Assembly: GCA_964440105.1 (NCBI GenBank) | Contig: CAYTRI010000003.1 | Coordinates: 5,545 to 47,295, forward strand | Direction of reading: 5' to 3' | Source of the DNA: an uncultured Flavobacteriaceae bacterium | Lineage (GTDB): Bacteria; Bacteroidota; Bacteroidia; Flavobacteriales; Flavobacteriaceae | DNA length: 41,751 nucleotides | In this document: in pieces, positions 1-9,678 of the stretch | Numbering within the stretch: position 1 is the first letter of the stretch | How the letters are laid out: each line of letters starts with the position of its first letter | Notes under the pieces: generated by a model | What the model saw: the letters and a program-made list of their open reading frames with translations, nothing else | What the model was told of the DNA's origin: nothing | Databases searched by the model: none | Program-made: the position numbers and the translations under genes

Positions 1-2
1 CA

Positions 3-395
3 TTGGAAAACCTTAAACTATATAAAACTGGAGATATTGGTAGTTGGACTAATGAGGGAATTCTGCATTTATTTGGTCGAGAAGACAACCAGATTAAACT
101 TAACGGATATCGGATAGATTTAGGGGAAATAGAACAATGTTTAAGTAAGCAAAATGGGGTTTTAGGAAATGCAGTATTGCTTAAAAACAAACAACTACAC
201 GCTTTTTTAGTATTTGAAGGTGAAATTAAAAATAACCAAAACCTAATAGAGCAATGTAAAACAGAATTGAAAAAAAATATACCTCATTACATGATTCCAC
301 GAAAATTTCATATTTTACAAAAGCTTCCACTTACCCAAAATGGGAAAATAGACCGTAAAGCTTTGCAAGAAATTATACCTCAAAAAAACAACTAA
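3..395 (+). CDS. C-terminal part of an NRPS-type amino acid adenylation domain protein (5'-truncated by window edge)
   Basis: Core motifs YKTGD (A7), GREDNQIKLNGYRIDLGEIE (A8), PHYMIP (A9), NGKIDR (A10). The ORF stops right after A10, with no fused carrier domain. Confidence 0.9.
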   Translation: MENLKLYKTGDIGSWTNEGILHLFGREDNQIKLNGYRIDLGEIEQCLSKQNGVLGNAVLLKNKQLHAFLVFEGEIKNNQNLIEQCKTELKKNIPHYMIPRKFHILQKLPLTQNGKIDRKALQEIIPQKNN

Positions 396-420
396 CTAAA
401 TATCGCTTATTAAATAAAAT

Positions 421-636
421 ATGGAAAAATTTAATGAATCCATCGCTGAAATCCTAGAAGTGGAACATGTTGAACTCCATAATGAACTTGCAGCTTTTGA
501 CGCATGGGATTCACTTACTGTACTATCAATTATTGCTTTTTCTTATTCAAACTATGATGCGGCAGTGTCAGCTGAAGAAGTGAAAAACTCCGAAACCATA
601 TTAGGTTTAAAAAAGCTTATTGAAAGTAAAATGTAA
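421..636 (+). CDS. Free-standing acyl/aminoacyl carrier protein
   Basis: 71 aa, acidic, WDSL phosphopantetheinylation motif; directly follows the A-domain gene. Confidence 0.88.
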   Translation: MEKFNESIAEILEVEHVELHNELAAFDAWDSLTVLSIIAFSYSNYDAAVSAEEVKNSETILGLKKLIESKM

Positions 637-760
637 TTTAAAAGCAGTGTTAATTTTACGTTAATCACTTTTATATCACCATTAAATTTTGAAAACTGCT
701 CATATAAAAAGTAAATAATAGAAACTAAATTCTTTCAAGAAAACCGCAAAAAAACTCAAA

Positions 761-1426
761 ATGAGAAATGTAATTATTTTAGGTACTGGAGGTTGTGCAT
801 CAGAAATAACTTTTTATATAGAAGACAACAATCTGAAAGTACAAGAAAGTGAAAGAATACATATTTTAGGCTATATAGATTATGCAAATCATATTAAAGA
901 CAACTATGATCGATACAATTTTAAAGCACCTGTCCTTTGCGATATTGATTCCTATGAACCAAAACCAAATGAAGAAGTATTATTGGCGGTTATGGATATT
1001 AGCTTTAGAAAAAAAATGATTGAAAAGCTTAAAAGTAAAAATGCCAAAATTGGTAGTTTTTTTCATCATAATGTTATAAAGCCAAAAGAATTGAATATTG
1101 GAGAAGGTAATATTCTAGGTCCTTTCTGCATGATTGAAAAATATGCGACAATAGGAAATTATAACTTAATGATATCTTATTGCTCCATAAGCCATGATTG
1201 TGTTTTGGGTGATAATAACTTTTTTTCTGACGTTAGCTTAGGCGGGACTACAAAAATTGGTAATAATAACTCCTTTGGCATTCGTTCTTTTACGCTACCA
1301 GGCATTGAAATTGGCAACAATAATATTATACAAGCTGGTATGCTTGTAGATAAAAGCATAAAAGATGATACAACCGTGTTCTATCGCTTTAAAGAAAGAG
1401 TAATGGTAATTCCAAAAACTATATAG
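761..1426 (+). CDS. NeuD/PglD-like sugar acyltransferase (hexapeptide repeat)
   Basis: N-terminal ILGTGG Rossmann-like motif, left-handed beta-helix repeats (IGEGNILG, IGNYN, IGNNN), SHD at the position of the PglD EHD motif. Confidence 0.85.
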   Translation: MRNVIILGTGGCASEITFYIEDNNLKVQESERIHILGYIDYANHIKDNYDRYNFKAPVLCDIDSYEPKPNEEVLLAVMDISFRKKMIEKLKSKNAKIGSFFHHNVIKPKELNIGEGNILGPFCMIEKYATIGNYNLMISYCSISHDCVLGDNNFFSDVSLGGTTKIGNNNSFGIRSFTLPGIEIGNNNIIQAGMLVDKSIKDDTTVFYRFKERVMVIPKTI

Positions 1427-1551
1427 TCAAGGTTTTCAATTTTATAGCTTCTCTGTTAACTCCAAAACCAATTGTTTTAAATTAAAAATTTTAGAAGAAT
1501 AGAGATTGATTCAAAAAATATTGGGTTAGAAACATCCTTGTCTAAAAACAA

Positions 1552-2187
1552 TTACACTGTTTCATTCCTCCTTTGTTTTTGTCTATATTCATCAAAATCA
1601 GGCTCAACACTATAAGTATCTATAATCACATCTTTTGATGAAATCACATTAATGACGGTTTCCCAAAGTATTTTAAAATCATTGGTGAAACTCAATTTTT
1701 TTACATATTGACAATCATATTTGAGTTTAAGGTCCCAATCTATTGTGTTTCTTCCGTTGATTTGAGCTAAACCGGTAATTCCAGGAAGTACTTCATGTCT
1801 TTTCTTTTCTTCAGAAGTATAATAAGGCAAATAGTTTATCATTAAAGGTCTTGGGCCAATAATACTCATATCTCCTTTAATTACATTGAATAATTGGGGA
1901 ATTTCATCTAAAGAAGATTTTCTTAAGAAACTTCCCCACTTATTAAGTCTATCAACATCAGGCAGCAATTCTCCATTTGCGTCTACAGTATTAGTCATCG
2001 TCTTGAATTTGACTATTCTAAAGGCCTTTTCTTTGAATCCGGCACGTTTTTGAAAAAAAAAAGGTTTACCATTATATATAAAAATAGAAGTAATAGTAAT
2101 TAAAGATATTATAGGAGTCAAAATAATTAAACCAATACTCGCAGCTATAAAATCTCCTATTCTTTTAAAAAAATGATACGATAACAT
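1552..2187 (-). CDS. Monotopic phosphoglycosyl transferase (PglC-type bacterial sugar transferase)
   Basis: KRIGD, KFKTM, SLDEIPQLFNVIKGDMSIIGPRP, PGITGLAQINGR family motifs. Confidence 0.93.
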   Translation of the reverse strand: MLSYHFFKRIGDFIAASIGLIILTPIISLITITSIFIYNGKPFFFQKRAGFKEKAFRIVKFKTMTNTVDANGELLPDVDRLNKWGSFLRKSSLDEIPQLFNVIKGDMSIIGPRPLMINYLPYYTSEEKKRHEVLPGITGLAQINGRNTIDWDLKLKYDCQYVKKLSFTNDFKILWETVINVISSKDVIIDTYSVEPDFDEYRQKQRRNETV

Positions 2188-2204
2188 AAATATTTTTAAT
2201 TATA

Positions 2205-2236
2205 CAAAGGTACTAGATTCCTTTAAGCCATAACAA
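2205..2236 (-). promoter_or_regulatory. Bacteroidota sigma-A-type promoter for the sugar transferase
   Basis: Minus strand TTG (2236-2234), 21-nt spacer, TACCTTTG (2212-2205), just upstream of the ATG at 2187. Confidence 0.6.
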
Positions 2237-2305
2237 TTGTATTAACAGTATACTTATTGTAAGTTTTGTAAAAATTAGTTGTTTAATACCGTCTTCAAAA
2301 TTCTT

Positions 2306-2338
2306 TTTGATACCATAAGCTTATTCTACTTAGTTTTG
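2306..2338 (+). promoter_or_regulatory. Bacteroidota sigma-A-type promoter for the PHP phosphatase
   Basis: TTTG (2306-2309), 21-nt spacer, TAGTTTTG (2331-2338). Full consensus match; supports ATG 2357 as the real start. Confidence 0.65.
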
Positions 2339-2356
2339 TTATCAATTAAAATAAAT

Positions 2357-3112
2357 ATGTTTAGTTTTTTTACAAAAAAGGAATATTTAGTTGACCACCT
2401 AAATGGTTTTATAGACATCCATAATCATATTTTGCCAGGAATAGATGATGGAGCAAAAAATGTTGAAGAGTCAATTGAACTTATAAAAGCTTTCGGAGAA
2501 TTTGGAGTAAATAAGTTCATATGCACACCTCACATAATGCATAATTACTATAACAACACTCCTAAGTCCATTAAAAAATCTTTTAAGATTCTAAAAAAAG
2601 AGCTGAAAAATAATAATATTGACAATATTGATATAAGCTATGCAGCGGAACACATGATAGATGAGAATTTTGAGCATTTATTAAACAATAATGGGGTTTT
2701 ACCCTTAAATTCTAATCATGTATTAATAGAAATGTCATATTTACAGCCAAGTATCAATTTTAATCAATCTGTTGAAAAAATTATACAAAAGGGAATATTC
2801 CCAGTGTTCGCCCATCCTGAACGCTATCAGTATTTAAATAATGACCTAAAAAATTATGAAAAATTAAAATCGCAAGGACTAAAATTTCAGCTAAACTTAC
2901 TATCTCTTGGGGGATATTATGGTCCAGATGTTAAGAAAGCAGCTTTGCAACTGTTAGAGAATAACTTATACGACTTTTTGGGAAGCGATGCTCACAATTC
3001 GAGACATATACAGTCTTTAAAATCCATTCAACTTAAAGAACGTCATATAAAAAATCTGGTGTACTTAATACATAATAACAATAGAACGTTTATTATAAAT
3101 AAGCTCAACTAA
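2357..3112 (+). CDS. CpsB/CapC/YwqE-family PHP protein-tyrosine phosphatase
   Basis: DIHNHILPGIDDG, TPH, AHPERY, GSDAH metal-binding motifs; convergent with wzc. Start moved from 2279 to ATG 2357. Confidence 0.92.
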   Translation: MFSFFTKKEYLVDHLNGFIDIHNHILPGIDDGAKNVEESIELIKAFGEFGVNKFICTPHIMHNYYNNTPKSIKKSFKILKKELKNNNIDNIDISYAAEHMIDENFEHLLNNNGVLPLNSNHVLIEMSYLQPSINFNQSVEKIIQKGIFPVFAHPERYQYLNNDLKNYEKLKSQGLKFQLNLLSLGGYYGPDVKKAALQLLENNLYDFLGSDAHNSRHIQSLKSIQLKERHIKNLVYLIHNNNRTFIINKLN

Positions 3113-5501
3113 AAACTTGATACCATTTCTTCTGACTAGTGCCATAACCATAACCGTACTTTCCGCCATAACCCAAATTAGAGGACTTTACACCATTTAC
3201 AATAAATGATAATCCTTTTAACTTACCTTCTTTTTGTAATTGGATAGGAAATCCAACTACATTGGTTCCTGTAACCCCAGCTCTTGTAACATAAAGGGTC
3301 TGGTCGGCATTTTCGCTTATAAGTAGGGTGTCGGAAACTACCATTATTGGCGCAGTATCAACAATGATGTAATCATATTTATTTCTTACCGCTTCAAATA
3401 ATTCGCTAGTTCTTTCACTCATCAATAATTCTGTAGGATTAGGTGGTATGGTACCTGCAAAAATTATATCAATCACCTGATCGTTTACCAATATTGAAGA
3501 AATGATTTCCTTTGGTTTCAAAGATTGGTTGGACAAAAAATCTGTTAATCCCTTATTTTCCTTATTCATAGCAGATTTTGCCAATTTATCTACATCCTTT
3601 CCTCTATAAAATTCGTAGATTTTTGGATTTCGAATATCCGCACCTAATAAAAGAACTCTTTTGCCAGCGTTGGCATAAATCATGGAGAGATTAAAGGAGA
3701 CTAAGGTCTTACCTTCTCCTGGTACACTAGAGGTTACAAAAATAGTTTTTCCATAATTTTCATTGCCACCCTTCCTAGATTTTAGGATAAAATCCAAGTT
3801 TGTTCTCAAAACCCTTAGAGATTCGGCCAAAACTGTTCGCTCATCGAGCTTTATTAAAGTGTCTTCCTTTTTAGAAATTTTGGGTAGCTCGGCTAAGACC
3901 GGAACATCTCCCGTTAGCTTTTCTAAATTGACCTTATTGTGAATCTTATTGTCCAAAATATCCTTGGCGTATATTACGGAAAAAGGTACCAATAAGCCAA
4001 GAATAAGAGAAGCTAAAAGCACAATTGGCTTCTTAGGAGAGACTGGATCTTTATTTAAAAGATAAGCCCTATCAATAACATATGATTTAGGTGATGCCGA
4101 GGCGAATGTAATCTGCGACTCTTCACGTTTCTGTAACAAATAAAGATACAGTGACTCCGTTGTTTGTTGTTGACGTGTGATATCACGAAGTGCACGCTGA
4201 TTTTTAGGAGCAGAATAGATTTGAGAATTAATCCTAGATACCTGGCTGCTTAGGCTATTAACTTGAAGCGATAGGTTATTGGTTACACTGTTTAAACTTG
4301 ATTTCATACTTCGCTTTAAACCATCTAACTGTTGATCTAAATTAACAATGATAGGGTTTTTCTCATTCGAACTTTCCAGAAGTTTTCCTCTCTCGAGGGC
4401 TAGTTCATTATATCGCGCAGTTGTACTTGCAATTGTCTCATCTGCCAACCCCACATTGGCAGGAAGCAATTCATATCCGTCTTGATTATCCACAAGGTCT
4501 TTCATAGAGGAAGCAATCTCAAATTGAACAGTTGTGTTCCGTAATTCTTGTTGGTTAGCTGCTCCAATATTTAAATTTACGTTTGTTTGAGCTGCAATAT
4601 CAGCTATTCCCCTGCCAGACTTAAAGTCTTCTGCACTTTGGTCTACTGTAGACAAACTTCCATAAATATCAGTAATTCGATCATTGATAAAATTAGAGGT
4701 ACGATCAGCAATTGCTTTTTTATCGTCAACAGCATTCTGGTTGTACTTACTTATTAAAGTATTGATAATATCTTTCCCCCTTTGTTTAATGGCATCATTT
4801 AGGGTTATTGAAATTATATTTGAAAATTCACTTGTAGTGGTTATTAATATGTTCTTTTGATAGTATTCTGCCCTTGTTGCCAGTGGACTAACTTTAACTT
4901 CATAATCCTGTCCGCTATAGGAAGTAATATCTAATGCACCATTTGGAGTAATAATTAAATCGCCTAAGGAAGAAGGTATTGGTTTTCCAAAAGAATACTT
5001 TTTGTACGTATCGTTTTCAATATTTGCAAATTCAAATTTGGTGTCAGAAATTAATCTTATATAAAATTCGTATTCGTTTTTTTGAACAATAGAATCTGGT
5101 CCTAAAAAGTTAATATTAAATGGTGGATTATCATATAATCCCGTATTCTTAAAATTTCCAATAGCTATTATCCTTTTGTTTAATCCAAGTTCTTTTACGA
5201 CCTCTATAAGGTTAGTTCTAGAGTTTAAAGATTCTATCTCATCCTGAATGTTATTGTTGTTCCCACCTAAAATACCTAAATCCGTGAATGCGCCTAGTTC
5301 TGAACTAGAATTCTGGTCTTCCAATATTTTAACCTTAGAACTGATTGCGTATTCAGGTACGGTATATCGTATGTAGAAAATGGCAAAGGTTATGGCAACG
5401 ATAACAGAAATCACAAACCATATCCAGTTCTTAGCATATGGCTTAATTAGGCTACTTAGGTCAACGTCATTATTAGGGCTTATTTGTTTTTCGGGCTGCA
5501 T
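3105..5501 (-). CDS. wzc: Polysaccharide co-polymerase / BY-kinase (Wzc/GumC family)
   Basis: Two TM helices flanking a coiled-coil periplasmic region, Walker A SVPGEGKT, Walker B IIVDTAP, C-terminal Tyr cluster GYGGKYGYGYG. ATG at 5501 preferred. Confidence 0.95.
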   Translation of the reverse strand: MQPEKQISPNNDVDLSSLIKPYAKNWIWFVISVIVAITFAIFYIRYTVPEYAISSKVKILEDQNSSSELGAFTDLGILGGNNNNIQDEIESLNSRTNLIEVVKELGLNKRIIAIGNFKNTGLYDNPPFNINFLGPDSIVQKNEYEFYIRLISDTKFEFANIENDTYKKYSFGKPIPSSLGDLIITPNGALDITSYSGQDYEVKVSPLATRAEYYQKNILITTTSEFSNIISITLNDAIKQRGKDIINTLISKYNQNAVDDKKAIADRTSNFINDRITDIYGSLSTVDQSAEDFKSGRGIADIAAQTNVNLNIGAANQQELRNTTVQFEIASSMKDLVDNQDGYELLPANVGLADETIASTTARYNELALERGKLLESSNEKNPIIVNLDQQLDGLKRSMKSSLNSVTNNLSLQVNSLSSQVSRINSQIYSAPKNQRALRDITRQQQTTESLYLYLLQKREESQITFASASPKSYVIDRAYLLNKDPVSPKKPIVLLASLILGLLVPFSVIYAKDILDNKIHNKVNLEKLTGDVPVLAELPKISKKEDTLIKLDERTVLAESLRVLRTNLDFILKSRKGGNENYGKTIFVTSSVPGEGKTLVSFNLSMIYANAGKRVLLLGADIRNPKIYEFYRGKDVDKLAKSAMNKENKGLTDFLSNQSLKPKEIISSILVNDQVIDIIFAGTIPPNPTELLMSERTSELFEAVRNKYDYIIVDTAPIMVVSDTLLISENADQTLYVTRAGVTGTNVVGFPIQLQKEGKLKGLSFIVNGVKSSNLGYGGKYGYGYGTSQKKWYQVFS

Positions 5502-5514
5502 ATTAAAACACAAT

Positions 5515-6291
5515 TTAATTTCGCGTGATTAACAAAATAGTTGAAGTAATTAGCACTGATGCAATAGAAACATATATAGGAACTCTTGCGTCAAGAGAAG
5601 TTTCTTTGATACCAGATTTATTAGGCTCTATGTAAACTATGTCATTTTGTGTCAAATAAAACACAGGCGACTTAGTAATCTGTTTAGATGTTAAATCTAC
5701 ACGAGAATACACTTTAGTACCATTAAAATCTCGAATTACTAAAACGTTATTTCGAACACCTCGTAAAGTTAAATCTCCCGCTAGCCCCAAGGCCTCCAGA
5801 ATGGTTATCTGTTCTCCATTTACAGGGTATACACCAGGTCTTAGAACTTCTCCTAAAACAGTCACTGTAAAATTGCGCAACCTTATATTTATGATGGGAT
5901 CTTTCAAATAATCTGACAATCGATCTCTTAAAAGGAGACGTACTTCATCAGGCGAAAGTCCTTCAATTTTTAGTTTTCCAATAACTGGAAAGTCGATTTC
6001 ACCTGCCTGATCTACTAAATAATCTATTTGTTCTGCTCTAAAACCTCCTTCAGAGCTGCCTCTAAAAAGATTAAAAGGAGCACTAGCTTCTGGATTCAAA
6101 GATGATACATTAATAGAGACTAAATCATCGACTTTAAACTTAGAGATAAAAGTATTATCATTAACCAAAGTTTCAAAATTTTCGGAATCCTGAAAATAGA
6201 CAACGTCTTTTCTGGAAGCACAAGAAGAGAGTAGGACCAAAACACCTACAAGCATTGCCTTAACTAAAAATATCGAATCATTTTTTTTCAT
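5515..6291 (-). CDS. wza: Polysaccharide export lipoprotein (Wza/OPX family)
   Basis: Lipobox LSSC, Poly_export motif YLVDQAGEIDFPVIG, SLBB motif VTVLGEV..PG and EALGLAGD; adjacent to wzc. Confidence 0.93.
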   Translation of the reverse strand: MKKNDSIFLVKAMLVGVLVLLSSCASRKDVVYFQDSENFETLVNDNTFISKFKVDDLVSINVSSLNPEASAPFNLFRGSSEGGFRAEQIDYLVDQAGEIDFPVIGKLKIEGLSPDEVRLLLRDRLSDYLKDPIINIRLRNFTVTVLGEVLRPGVYPVNGEQITILEALGLAGDLTLRGVRNNVLVIRDFNGTKVYSRVDLTSKQITKSPVFYLTQNDIVYIEPNKSGIKETSLDARVPIYVSIASVLITSTILLITRN

Positions 6292-6306
6292 AAAAAGAAT
6301 ATAAAT

Positions 6307-8265
6307 TTATAAATTTAACGCACTGTGTGGTTGATTTGATTGAATTTTTTGGTCAGCTTCAAAAGTAACACTTTCTTTACTATCTAATTCGCAAAATTTC
6401 GAGTTATTAGATATAAACTCTGGAACAATATGTTTCATTAGCTTTACTGTATTTTCACCAAAAAACGTATTGGCTATACAAAGCTCGTCAATTAGAGATT
6501 TTAGTTTTTCAAATTCCAATTCCCTAGTCTTACTAATTTTAATTTTCTTGTGATATGTAGGAAGTGTGTTTTCTCCATTAGCCAATAATTCCTCATATAA
6601 TTTTTCTCCCGGCCTTAATCCTGTAATGGTAATATCTATATCCTCTGGGTATCTTAACCCAGAAAGCTTAATCATGTTTTTGGCTAAATCAAAAATCTTA
6701 ATTGACTCGCCCATGTCAAAAATAAAAATTTCACCACCAACGCCCATAGAACCAGCCTCTAAAACTAATTGAGAAGCTTCGGGGATAGTCATAAAATAAC
6801 GAGTTATGTCTTTATGGGTAAGCGTAAGAGGCCCTCCTTTTTCGATTTGTTTTCTGAATAATGGAATAACCGAACCGTTGGAACCTAAAACATTTCCAAA
6901 TCTTGTAATAATGTAACGAGTATCACTGTACTGCTGAAGACAGCTTACATAAATCTCAGCAATACGTTTACTGGCTCCCATAATATTTGTTGGGTTTACT
7001 GCTTTATCTGTTGAAACCAAAACAAATTTATCAACCTTATGTTCGTTTGAGATATCTACAATATTTTTAGTTCCAGCAATATTAATTTTGATTGCCTCAT
7101 AAGAATTTTGTTCCATTAAAGGTACATGCTTATATGCAGCAGCGTGAAACACCATGTTTGGCTTGTGTTCCTCAAAAAGCATATTCATTCTTTTCTTATC
7201 CCTCACATCTCCTACTATAGGGATGAAATTATTAAAACCTTTTTGTTTTAACTCCTGCTGTAAATCATATAGGGCCGATTCTGCCTGATCAATAATAATT
7301 AAGGATTTATATTTAAAAGTGCATATTTGTCTAACTAATTCACTACCAATTGAACCCGCTCCTCCGGTTACCAAAACAGTTTTATTACGCAATTCCTTTT
7401 CTATATTCAAATTGTTTAGGTCAATAGGTGCACGATTTAATAAATCTTCAATCTGGATATTTTTTATTTGAGAAACTTTTAATTCCCCATTAATCCAATC
7501 CTCAACTGGCGGCACTATTTTAACCAATACTGGAAAATCTACCAAGCCTTCTACAAGGTCTTTTAGTCTTTTGTGAGAAATACTCTGTATACAAAATATG
7601 ACTTCTGATATTCCCTTTCTAACAATAAAATCTTTGGTCAATACCTCAGGAGCATAAACAGTGACCCCATTTATTACTTTACCAATTTTCTTTTTATCAT
7701 TATCGACAAAACCTAAAATTTTTACATTACTCTTAGAATGATTAACAAGTGTACCATATGTTAAAATGCCTGACTCTCCTGCTCCATAAATTAGGATGTT
7801 TTTTGATGTATTAATCCTATTTTGATTAAAAATATTTAGAAATAAAGTTTTAAAAAGAAATCTTGAAGTAATTAAGGCAACAAAACTTATTAAACTATTG
7901 ATTATAATTATTGAAAGTGGAATAGTGAAATTTTCTGCTATCTGATATTTGTTATTGAAAATAACTAGAAAAATAATTAAAATACTGGCAAGACAAATAG
8001 CATTAAATAAATTGTAAACATCTTGGACGCCAGCATGCCGAACAACGCCTTTATAGGAACCGATGATCAAAAAAGAGCATAGGAACATCAAGGATATCAA
8101 AGGTATCTGCACAAATAATTTATCAACATCGAAATTAAACGTAAGATTGAATCTAATTAAGTACGACAGAACAAAGGATGTTACTACAATGACAATGTCA
8201 ATTAGAAGTACTAACCATTTTGAGGCATATCGCTCGACCTTATTCGTTAGATAGTTTTGTATCAT
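6307..8265 (-). CDS. Membrane-anchored UDP-GlcNAc 4,6-dehydratase (PglF/CapD/WbpM family)
   Basis: Four N-terminal TM segments, IYGAG, VTGGAGSIGSE, HAAAYKHVP, STDKAVNPTNIMGASK, RFGNVLGS, GLRPGEKLYEEL. Confidence 0.95.
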   Translation of the reverse strand: MIQNYLTNKVERYASKWLVLLIDIVIVVTSFVLSYLIRFNLTFNFDVDKLFVQIPLISLMFLCSFLIIGSYKGVVRHAGVQDVYNLFNAICLASILIIFLVIFNNKYQIAENFTIPLSIIIINSLISFVALITSRFLFKTLFLNIFNQNRINTSKNILIYGAGESGILTYGTLVNHSKSNVKILGFVDNDKKKIGKVINGVTVYAPEVLTKDFIVRKGISEVIFCIQSISHKRLKDLVEGLVDFPVLVKIVPPVEDWINGELKVSQIKNIQIEDLLNRAPIDLNNLNIEKELRNKTVLVTGGAGSIGSELVRQICTFKYKSLIIIDQAESALYDLQQELKQKGFNNFIPIVGDVRDKKRMNMLFEEHKPNMVFHAAAYKHVPLMEQNSYEAIKINIAGTKNIVDISNEHKVDKFVLVSTDKAVNPTNIMGASKRIAEIYVSCLQQYSDTRYIITRFGNVLGSNGSVIPLFRKQIEKGGPLTLTHKDITRYFMTIPEASQLVLEAGSMGVGGEIFIFDMGESIKIFDLAKNMIKLSGLRYPEDIDITITGLRPGEKLYEELLANGENTLPTYHKKIKISKTRELEFEKLKSLIDELCIANTFFGENTVKLMKHIVPEFISNNSKFCELDSKESVTFEADQKIQSNQPHSALNL

Positions 8266-9407
8266 ACTAAGATAGATTTAATAATTTGTGTCACTCGTTC
8301 TAGGTCATTCAAAGAAAGGTTAGACCCACTAGGAAGACATAGACCTCTTTTGAATAAATCTTCCGAAGTTCCGTCTGTAAAACTGAGTTCATTTTCAAAA
8401 ATTGGTTGCAGATGCATAGGCTTCCATAAAGGACGCGATTCAATATTCTCCTCCAACAACGCAATTCTAATCTTTTCTCTTAATTCATAACTATCAAGTA
8501 AAACACAACTTAGCCACCTATTTGAAACCATTTCTTTTGGTTCCGGAAGAAAGGTCATGTTCTCCATGCCTTGAAGTTGTTCATGATAGTAGTCATAGTT
8601 TCTTCTTCTAGAGTCAACCCTTTCATCCAAGACTTTCATTTGCCCTCTTCCAATGCCTGCAAGAACATTGCTCATTCGGTAATTGTGTCCTATTTTAGAA
8701 TGTTGGTAATGTGGTGCATCATCCCTAGCTTGGGTAGCTAGAAAAACAGCATTTTCTTTATGAGCTTTATTGGACGACACCAGAGCGCCTCCCCCTGAGG
8801 TTGTGATAATCTTATTTCCGTTAAATGAAAGAATGGCAATATCTCCAAAAGTTCCACATTTTCTTCCCTTGTAAGTACTACCTAAAGCCTCAGCACTATC
8901 CTCCAAAATAGGTATGTTGTATTTTTCAGATATTGAATGTATCTCACCAACCTTATATGGCATACCATACAAATGAACCACAACTATGGCCTTTGGTGTT
9001 TTTCCCTTCAAGGTTCTTTCAATTATAGCAGCTTCAAGTAATTCTGGAGACATATTCCAAGTCTCTTTCTCACTGTCAACAAAAACTGGCAAAGCACCCA
9101 AGTAAGCAATAGGGTTCGCTGATGCCGAAAAAGTAAAGCTCTGACATAGAACCTCATCTCCTCTACCAACACCTAAAAGTTTAAGCCCTAAGTGAATTGC
9201 AGCAGTGCCAGAACTTAAGGCAGCAACGTGTATCCCTTCGTCCAAGTAGCCTTGGATGTCAGCTTCGAAACCTGAAACATTTGGACCCAAAGGGGCTATC
9301 CAATTTGTGTCAAAAGCTTCTTTAACAAAAAATTGTTCCATATCTCCCATGTGCGGAGAGGAAAGCCAAATCTTATTTTGTGTTTCGGTTTTCAAGTTAA
9401 TACTCAT
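8262..9407 (-). CDS. DegT/DnrJ/EryC1/StrS PLP-dependent sugar aminotransferase (PglE/EpsN-like)
   Basis: SSGTAAIHL, EDSAEALG, SFNGNKIITTSGGG (PLP lysine), NYRMSN; 4-nt ATGA overlap with the dehydratase. Confidence 0.95.
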   Translation of the reverse strand: MSINLKTETQNKIWLSSPHMGDMEQFFVKEAFDTNWIAPLGPNVSGFEADIQGYLDEGIHVAALSSGTAAIHLGLKLLGVGRGDEVLCQSFTFSASANPIAYLGALPVFVDSEKETWNMSPELLEAAIIERTLKGKTPKAIVVVHLYGMPYKVGEIHSISEKYNIPILEDSAEALGSTYKGRKCGTFGDIAILSFNGNKIITTSGGGALVSSNKAHKENAVFLATQARDDAPHYQHSKIGHNYRMSNVLAGIGRGQMKVLDERVDSRRRNYDYYHEQLQGMENMTFLPEPKEMVSNRWLSCVLLDSYELREKIRIALLEENIESRPLWKPMHLQPIFENELSFTDGTSEDLFKRGLCLPSGSNLSLNDLERVTQIIKSILV

Positions 9408-9501
9408 TTAATTTAGGGTTTAACAACTTAGAGAACGAGAATTTTAAAGATTTTGTATATTAAATTAAAAACTCTCAATATCTTTACTATAGTTCTAATT
9501 T

Positions 9502-9509
9502 CAAAATTA
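9502..9509 (-). promoter_or_regulatory. Putative -7 promoter element for the aminotransferase-dehydratase-wza-wzc operon
   Basis: TAATTTTG on the minus strand about 95 nt upstream of the start; no clear -33 box. Confidence 0.45.
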
Positions 9510-9678
9510 CTCTGAAATCTGGTATTTGTAATAAAATATGCACAATATTTCGCCGAATCTGCAAAAAAAATCGTTTGAATACCTTTCATAAACTTTGTAA
9601 ATTATCTAAACTCGAAAAGTTTCATACGACATCTTTAATAGACAGCAGAATTTTAAATCAAACCTTTAAAAAAAAGAA

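Noticed and set aside
3-636. dltA/dltC teichoic acid D-alanylation call
   Set aside because: Only generic A-domain and ACP motifs are visible; no DltB/DltD in the window and the specificity pocket is outside it.
2279-2356. N-terminal extension of the phosphatase in the ORF track
   Set aside because: The region holds a full promoter consensus, so ATG 2357 is more plausible. Similar over-long starts were trimmed at 5513, 16786, 22071, 31388 and 37938.
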